DNA of 33,223 nucleotides from Alphaproteobacteria bacterium (GTDB taxonomy: Bacteria > Pseudomonadota > Alphaproteobacteria > GCA-2731375): positions 1 to 33,223 of the forward strand of contig CBDDBZ010000006.1 in the NCBI GenBank assembly GCA_965225945.1, written 5' to 3'. Shown here one piece after another: positions 27,376 through 33,223 of this stretch (position 1 is the first letter of the stretch; the number at the start of each line of letters is the position of its first letter). The notes under the pieces are model-generated. The model ran no database searches, was not told the origin of the DNA, and was given only the letters and a program-made list of their open reading frames with translations. Made by a program: the position numbers and the translations under genes.

Positions 27376-27519
27376 CGGCGGACCGCCCAACCCGCCGCCG
27401 GCGGGCCCCAGGCGGGGCGCGAGGCGGGTCGGCCGCCCGCGAGATCACGGCAGACCGCGCAACCCGCCGCCCGCGGGGCCCAGGCGGGGCGCGAGACGGG
27501 GCCGGCGCCCGAACGGCCC
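27376..27519 (+). repeat. 72-bp imperfect tandem duplication within gspD
   Basis: RRTAQPAAGGPQAGREAGRPPARS / RQTAQPAARGAQAGRETGPAPERP, with a partial third unit upstream. Confidence 0.8.
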
Positions 27520-28566
27520 CCAAGAGATGCTTCCGTGCCCCGGACCGCGAGCGCGGGCGAGGCCCAGATCTTCACCATCGCCGAAGGCCGCGAGGTTCGC
27601 ATCATCGCCGACGATTCCAACAACGCGTTGATCGTCCTGGCGACGCCGGTGGACTACCGCATGATCGAGCAGACGCTCCGCAAGCTCGACCTGGTACCGC
27701 TCCAGGTGTTGATCGAGGGCACCGTCGCCGAGGTGGCGCTCAGGGGCGAACTGCGCTACGGCCTGCAATGGTTCTTCAACTCGGGCAACAGCTCGGCCAC
27801 CTTGAGCGCCGTGCCGCTGGCCACGCCGGCGCAATTCTTCCCCGGGTTCTCCTATCTCTTCGCCACGAACGACGTACGCGTGGTGCTGAACGCGCTCGAC
27901 GACATCTCCGACCTCAACATGATCTCCTCGCCGACGCTCATGGTCCTGGACAACCAGACCGCCTCGCTCCAGGTCGGCGACACGGTGCCGATACTCACCG
28001 AGCAAGCGACGACGGACGCAGGCATCATCGTCAATAGCATCCAGCAGCAGGACACGGGCGTCACGCTGACGGTGACGCCCCGGGTCAACGCCGGTGGTCT
28101 GGTGAACCTGGAGATTACCCTGGAGGTGAGCGACGCGGTGCCGACCGTGACCTCCGGCCTCAATTCGCCGACCATCCGGCAGCGCAAGATCCAGACCACC
28201 GTCGCCGTGCAGTCGGGCGAGACGGTGGCACTGGGCGGACTGATCCGCGACGACAAGGCAAAGACCAAGTCCGGCATTCCGATTCTGCACGAATTGCCGA
28301 TCCTCGGCAGCCTGTTCGGCGAGACGGTCGATTCCAAGGAGCGCACCGAGCTGCTGGTCGTGCTGACGCCGCGCGTCATTCGTGGCATGCAGCAGGCCCG
28401 CAATGTGACCCGGGAGCTGCGCAAGCGGCTCCGCTCGGTGAGCCCGATCGACCGCCGAATCGGCAGATGATCCCAACCGCCCCGGCGGACGGGGTATGAT
28501 CCTCGAAGCGGCCGGTTGGGGGCGAAGTGGGTTCGCCCGCGAACGCCGGCAGGGGTGAAAGGCGCC

Positions 28567-29592
28567 ATGTGGCGAGCCTCGAGATCCGCACAATCGACAG
28601 CCGCGCGATCGACACCGCCCACGGCGCGCGCGCGCCAGCGCGGCATCGCGCTGATCGCCGTGCTCTGGGTGCTGGTGTTGCTCTCGCTGCTGGCCGCCAA
28701 CCTCACCCAGACCTCTCGCACCAGCCGGCATCTGGCGCGAAACCTGGCGAGCACGGCCGAAGCCCGCGCGCTCGCCGACGGCGGCGTCTATTTCGCCATC
28801 GCCGGCCTCTTGGAGCCCTCGCCGGAACGCCGGCTGGCGCTCGACGGCACAACCTACGGCCTGACCCTGGGCGCGGGGCGGGTCCTCCTGAGGCTGCGCG
28901 ACGAGCGCGGCAAGATCGATCTCAATCGAGCCCCCCGGGCCGTCCTCGCCGGCCTGTTCGCGGCGATCGGTCATGGCGAGGAGGGCGAGAGCTCGATCGT
29001 CGACGCGATCCTGGACTACCGGGACGCGGACCAGAACCGCCGCCCCAAGGGCGCCGAGGACGACGATTACCTGGCGGCGGGCCATGCGTACGGCGCCCGC
29101 GACGGACGGTTCGCGACGGTGGAGGAGTTGCGCCGGGTGCTGGGCATGACGGAGGCGCTCTACGCCCGCGTCGCCGAGGCCGTCACGGTTCATGGCGCCC
29201 GGCGGGTCAACCGGGCGACGGCCTCGGCCCTGGTGCTGCGCGCGCTGCCGGGCCGGGCCGGCCAGGGCGAGGCCGAGGATAGCGATACCGAGGCGAGCGA
29301 GAGCGGCGAGGAGAGCGTGGTCGAGATCGGCGCCGACGGTGACGCCACGCTCGCGCCGCAGGCCAGCGCGGGCGACGCCCGGGCGGGCCGACCTCGCGCG
29401 CGGCGTCGCCGGGCGCGGGGCGCCGCCGTCTCCGTCCGCGCCGAGGCGCAGACCGCGCTCGGCGCCGTCTTTGTCCGCGAGGCCATCGTCCGAATCGGCA
29501 CCCGGCGCCGCTCGAGGAGCGGCGAGGACGCGCTTCCCTACGAGATCCTGTCCTGGCGCCAGGGTCGCGCCGAGGAGCCAGCCGGCGAATGA
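28567..29592 (+). CDS. gspK: Minor pseudopilin K
   Basis: QRG|IALIAVLWVLVLLSLLA, A.ALADGG, DERGKIDLN.A, DAILDYRD.D...R..GAE...Y, F.TVEEL..VLGM, VN.ATAS..VL. Confidence 0.92.
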   Translation: MWRASRSAQSTAARSTPPTARARQRGIALIAVLWVLVLLSLLAANLTQTSRTSRHLARNLASTAEARALADGGVYFAIAGLLEPSPERRLALDGTTYGLTLGAGRVLLRLRDERGKIDLNRAPRAVLAGLFAAIGHGEEGESSIVDAILDYRDADQNRRPKGAEDDDYLAAGHAYGARDGRFATVEELRRVLGMTEALYARVAEAVTVHGARRVNRATASALVLRALPGRAGQGEAEDSDTEASESGEESVVEIGADGDATLAPQASAGDARAGRPRARRRRARGAAVSVRAEAQTALGAVFVREAIVRIGTRRRSRSGEDALPYEILSWRQGRAEEPAGE

Positions 29593-29772
29593 GGCGGCGT
29601 CGTTCGGCGGATGGAAACGCCGACGCCCCGAACGATCCGGAAAGTCGAAGATGATGGGTCGCGGTTGGGCCTCGATGCCGAGGCGCGCCATGCCGAGGTT
29701 CGCGAGATCGCGCCGACGCTGATCGCCCGCGCCGATGCCGCGACCGAAGTAGCGCTGGGGAAGCGTCGGAAT

Positions 29773-30957
29773 TCAGCTCGAGGCTCGCGCTTGGCTCGCG
29801 TTCGGTCGCGGGATCGCGAAAGTGAGCGCGAGTGCCGCCAGCACCACGACGAGGCCGATCGTCTCCGAGGCCTCGTAGCCGCCCGAGAGGTCGTAGAGCC
29901 GCCCGGCGAGCCACGGGCCGGTGAGGCCGGCGACGCCCCAGGCGGTGATCAGGAAGCCGAGATAGCGGCCGTAGCGGGCGAGGCCGAAATAGATCCCGAT
30001 CGCGGCCGGATAGCCGCCGGAGGCCAGACCGTAGGCGAGTCCCTGGAGCCCCAGCGCCACCACCGCCGTGGTCGGCCCGGGTGCCGTCAGAATGAGCGCG
30101 AAGCCGGCGGCCGCCGAGAGATGGGAGGCCGCGGCGACGCGGGGCGGCGCTATGTGGTCGGCGAGCCAGCCCGAGACGATGCGGCCACCGGCGTTGCCGA
30201 TGTTGATCACGATGGTGCCGAGAAGCGCCAGCTCGGCCCCGCCGCCGTGACTGGCGACAATGCCCGTCGCGTGCCCGATCGACATCACCCCGGCGAAGGC
30301 GCCGAGAAAGAAGCCGAGCCACAGCAAGGGAAACACCCGGCCGAAGGACGCCCCCGTCGCCGCCGCGCCCACCGCGCCCCGACCGCTCGGCAACTCGAGG
30401 CCCGAGGCGCGGGCCAGGCTCGCCGCCCCCACCGCCACGATTGCCATCAACGCCGCCATCAGGGCGAAACTCTGGAACGGTCCGATCGCCGCGACGGTCC
30501 GGGAAAAGACGACGGCGAGCAGGATCGAACCAGCGGCGAAGCTCCCGACCCCGAGGCCGGTCGCCAGGCCCGCGCGGGGCGCCAGCGCGAGCACGATCAG
30601 TTGCAACGTGATGGAGTAGCCATATCCGGCGCCCAGGCCGAAGATGACGCCATAGCCCAGCAGCAACACCGGCACGCTCTCGGCGGCGGCCGCGATCAGC
30701 AGGCCGAGGCAGGCGACGGCGCCACAGCCGAGAAGGTGCCCCGCCGCGCTAGCCCGGCGATAGACGAAGGGTGCCGCCACCATGGCGCAGGTAAAGCCGA
30801 CGACGGCGACGGCGAAGATCGCGCTGATGTCGGCGCGGGGCGCCTGCAGCGCAATTTCGAGCGGGGGCACGAAGACGCTCCAGGCATAGAGCGATCCGAG
30901 CGCCGGATTGAAGACCAACGCCGCGACCGCGCCGAGCCCGGGGCGGCCCGCCGTCAC
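29773..30957 (-). CDS. MFS transporter, OFA (oxalate/formate antiporter)-like
   Basis: GSLYAWSVFV.PL, GYGVIFGLGAG.GY, GLATG....F, NAGGRIVSGWLADHI, YFG...YG...G; about 12 TM. GTGA overlap with the paiB stop. Confidence 0.85.
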   Translation of the reverse strand: MTAGRPGLGAVAALVFNPALGSLYAWSVFVPPLEIALQAPRADISAIFAVAVVGFTCAMVAAPFVYRRASAAGHLLGCGAVACLGLLIAAAAESVPVLLLGYGVIFGLGAGYGYSITLQLIVLALAPRAGLATGLGVGSFAAGSILLAVVFSRTVAAIGPFQSFALMAALMAIVAVGAASLARASGLELPSGRGAVGAAATGASFGRVFPLLWLGFFLGAFAGVMSIGHATGIVASHGGGAELALLGTIVINIGNAGGRIVSGWLADHIAPPRVAAASHLSAAAGFALILTAPGPTTAVVALGLQGLAYGLASGGYPAAIGIYFGLARYGRYLGFLITAWGVAGLTGPWLAGRLYDLSGGYEASETIGLVVVLAALALTFAIPRPNASQARASS

Positions 30958-31580
30958 CCGGCCCGTTCGCGTGCGCGCATCAGCCGGGCAACGCCGCGCG
31001 CATCCTCGGAGCTCTCGCGCTCCAGCTGCTCGGCGACCCTTCGGCGGTCGGTCTCGTCGCGATTCTGGCTGAGCTTGGCCTTGCCCTCCAGCCGGCTCAC
31101 CTCGATCTCGAAGGCGACGATGGCGCGGATCATCACGGCCTCGTAGTCGTCGGGCAGGTCCATGGTCCAGGGCGTCTCGCGCGCGGCTTCCTGGACCGCC
31201 AACAGGCGTTCGAGCAGGGCCCGGCAGGCGACCCGGTCCTCGAGCAGGCGCGGCCGACCGTAGGCGTGGACGGCGACGTAGTTCCAGGTCGGCACGCTCG
31301 GGTGGGTTTCGTACCAACTCGGCGAGACGTAGGCATGCGGCCCGGAGAACACCGCCAGGACCTCGGCGCCGTCGGCGAAGTGGCGCCATTGCGGGTTGGC
31401 GCGGGCCATGTGGGCCGACAAGACCAGCCCCTCGCCGCGGCGCTCGGCCAGGATCGGCAGGTGCGAGGCGAAGGGCAAACCGGCCTCGTCGGTGGTCACC
31501 AACAGGGCGAAATCATGCCGCGCCATCAGCTCGACGAGCACCGCCTCGTCGGCTTCCGCGAAATGGCCGGGAACATACAT
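30954..31580 (-). CDS. FMN-binding negative transcriptional regulator family protein (PaiB-like)
   Basis: MYVP.HF, ASHLP, HMARANPQW, F.GPHAYVSPSWY, VPTWNY.AVHAYG, GKAKLSQNR. GGGAGG RBS. Confidence 0.92.
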   Translation of the reverse strand: MYVPGHFAEADEAVLVELMARHDFALLVTTDEAGLPFASHLPILAERRGEGLVLSAHMARANPQWRHFADGAEVLAVFSGPHAYVSPSWYETHPSVPTWNYVAVHAYGRPRLLEDRVACRALLERLLAVQEAARETPWTMDLPDDYEAVMIRAIVAFEIEVSRLEGKAKLSQNRDETDRRRVAEQLERESSEDARGVARLMRARERAG

Positions 31581-31710
31581 TGAGAGCCTCCCTCGTCGGA
31601 TAACCCGAGGCAGGCTGTCATGGATCGAGGGTCCGTGTCAGAATCGAATTTCATCGCGCCGCAATTTCGCCGCACTCGGACCCCGAGTCCGGCGGCCAGG
31701 GGACCTCGCC

Positions 31711-33223
31711 ATGCCGCCCGCGCATCACCGATGGATCCGCTCGCCGAAGCTCGGATTTCTGCTGTTCGGCCTCGTCCAGGGCTTGGCGATCGTCGGCACC
31801 GACGCGCTCGACGGCATCGCCTGGCCCTGGGGCGTCGTCGATTTGGAGGCCAGCGCCTCGACCATTTCGCGCCCCATCGAGAGGGGGCTGACCCTGGCGC
31901 TCTGCCTCTCGCCGTGGTTCGCCCTGCTCGCCTGGGCGCCGGGGCGGCGGCGAAGGACGGTGGCGGTCGCCTCGGGCCTGCTGATCGTCACCGCCGGGCT
32001 GGTGATCCATGCCATGGCCAGCTTCGGCGGCCGGGCCTCGGACGTCATCGGGGCCGCGACCACCGTCTCGGTGCTGCTTCACATCGCGGCGCTGGGTCTC
32101 TGCCTGACACCACCCGGGCCGGCCGCGTGGTTTCCGGGCGAGGCCTCGAAGAGCCAGCTCCGCGCCGGCTTGACGCTGGCGCTCGGCTGGCTCTTCGCCG
32201 CGGTGGTGCTGCTGACGCTCTGGCTCTGGGGCGGCCTGTTCGAGCTGATCGGCATCGGCTTCTTCAGCGAACTCTTCGGCCAAAAGGAGGTAATAATCCC
32301 GGTCGGCATGGCCACCACCGCCCTCGGCGTGGCCATCGTGCGCGACCGCGAGGGGCTCGCGGATATGCTGGCCGGGCTCTTCGTCGTCGGCGCCCGCTAC
32401 CTCGGCGTCGTCGTCGCGGCGGCGATCATTCTCTTCGTCACCACACTGCCCTATACCGGGTTGGAGGCGCTCTGGGCGACCAATCAGGCGACCATGCTGC
32501 TGGTGGTGGTGACGCTGGCGATGCTGGTCGCCGCCTTCCTGAACGCGAAGAGCGGGGGCGAGGGGGAGGGTTTCCCCAAGCCGTTGCTCTGGGTCTACGC
32601 GGTGGCGCTGATCCTGCTGCCGGTGCTGGCGGGATTGGCGAACTACGCGGTCTGGCTCCGCGTCGATCAGTACGGCTTGACGCCGGAGCGGGTGTTGGCC
32701 ACGGTCCTCGCCCAGGTCGTCTTGGTGAAGGCGGTCTGGGCCGCCGCCACGGTGGCCTTGGGTCTGGGCGACTGGCGGGCGCGGTCCCCCGGGGGACCGC
32801 GCCGCTGTTGACGCTCGCGGCGCTGGCCTGTCTCGCCGTGCTGTCGCCGCTGGCCGATCCCTGGGCGCTCAGCGCCCGCTCCCAGGCGGGACGGCTGATC
32901 TCCGGCGCCGCCGACGCCGAGGCCTTCGATTACGGCCATCTGAAGTTCCAACTCGGCCACCACGGCAAGGCGGCACTCGAACGCCTGGCGGCGACGCCGG
33001 ACATTCCCGAGGGCGACATCGTCGCCAAGCGGCTGAAGAATTTGGCCGAGACCAAGTCCTATTACGCCTGGCGGATCGAGCTGAAGGCCATCGAGTACAG
33101 GGATGAGCTGAAGGGCGACCTGACGCGGACCATCACGCCCTGGCCGGAGGGCGCGAGGCTGCCGGACGGCTTGCTCGACCATCTCCGCCGCAAGCACGCG
33201 AGCAACCTGCTTTGGTGCGTCAA
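31711..33223 (+). pseudogene. DUF4153-like polytopic membrane protein with a frameshift near 32790; runs off the window
   Basis: LW.GLFELIGIGFF.ELF, TGLE.LW.T, YAVWLRVDQYGLTPERV, with the frame ending at 32811. A second frame from ~32796 gives SPLADPWALSARSQ.GRL..G......FDYGHLKFQLG..G..AL, open to the window end. Confidence 0.75.

Larger units (their letters stand above)
22490..28470 (+). pseudogene. gspD: Type II secretion secretin D, interrupted by the IS1595-family element (5' part 22490-23518, 3' part 27205-28470)
   Basis: 5' part: lipobox LTSC, ITLNFADANIREVV, VPL.YVSA.EM, FDVDWL. 3' part: LDLVPLQVLIEG, SSP.LMVLDNQ.A...VG, TGV.L.VTPRVN, ETVALGGLI, IPIL..LPILG.LFG, RTELLVVLTPRV. Removing the element and one TSD gives in-frame SRLFVY|YVQNKRAVDLA, about 764 aa. 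Confidence 0.95.

Noticed and set aside
27445-29691. 748-aa minus-strand ORF
   Set aside because: Antisense shadow of gspD and gspK.
29611-31146. 511-aa plus-strand ORF
   Set aside because: Antisense to the MFS and paiB genes, with low-complexity composition.

Overview
GC-rich, alphaproteobacterial-looking chromosomal window. The taxonomy is inferred from the trxB-lsrB/vtlR pair, a suhB/MmgR-like sRNA and Rhizobiales-type TAGAGCATGATCC repeats. Left half (1-16.3 kb): acyl-CoA synthetase; a two-gene operon of a LicC-like cytidylyltransferase and a multi-pass membrane LicD protein whose catalytic domain, including a Cys4 zinc-finger segment, closely resembles animal FKRP; a probable sRNA; lsrB/vtlR-like LysR; trxB; an IlvD/Edd dehydratase; a FolM-like SDR; folB; galU; ugd; a D-aminoacylase; an acidic hypothetical protein. 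Right half: an Xps-type type II secretion cluster (F-G-H-I-J-L-M-C/N-D-K, no gspE in the window) that looks damaged. The secretin gene is split by a 3.68-kb IS1595-family element (22-bp TIRs, 8-bp TSD). That element carries a P63C gene, itself split by an IS256, plus two tiny membrane-protein genes. The gspI and gspJ leader regions contain palindromic insertions, and a 20-codon mini-ORF sits where gspK normally lies. The window ends with an MFS transporter, paiB and a frameshifted DUF4153-like gene. Two related families of palindromic MITE-like elements occur as full copies, solo ends and collapsed 21-25 bp palindromes, often on TAG stop codons. No CRISPR array, tRNA or rRNA was seen. All family assignments come from motif recognition; no database search was run.
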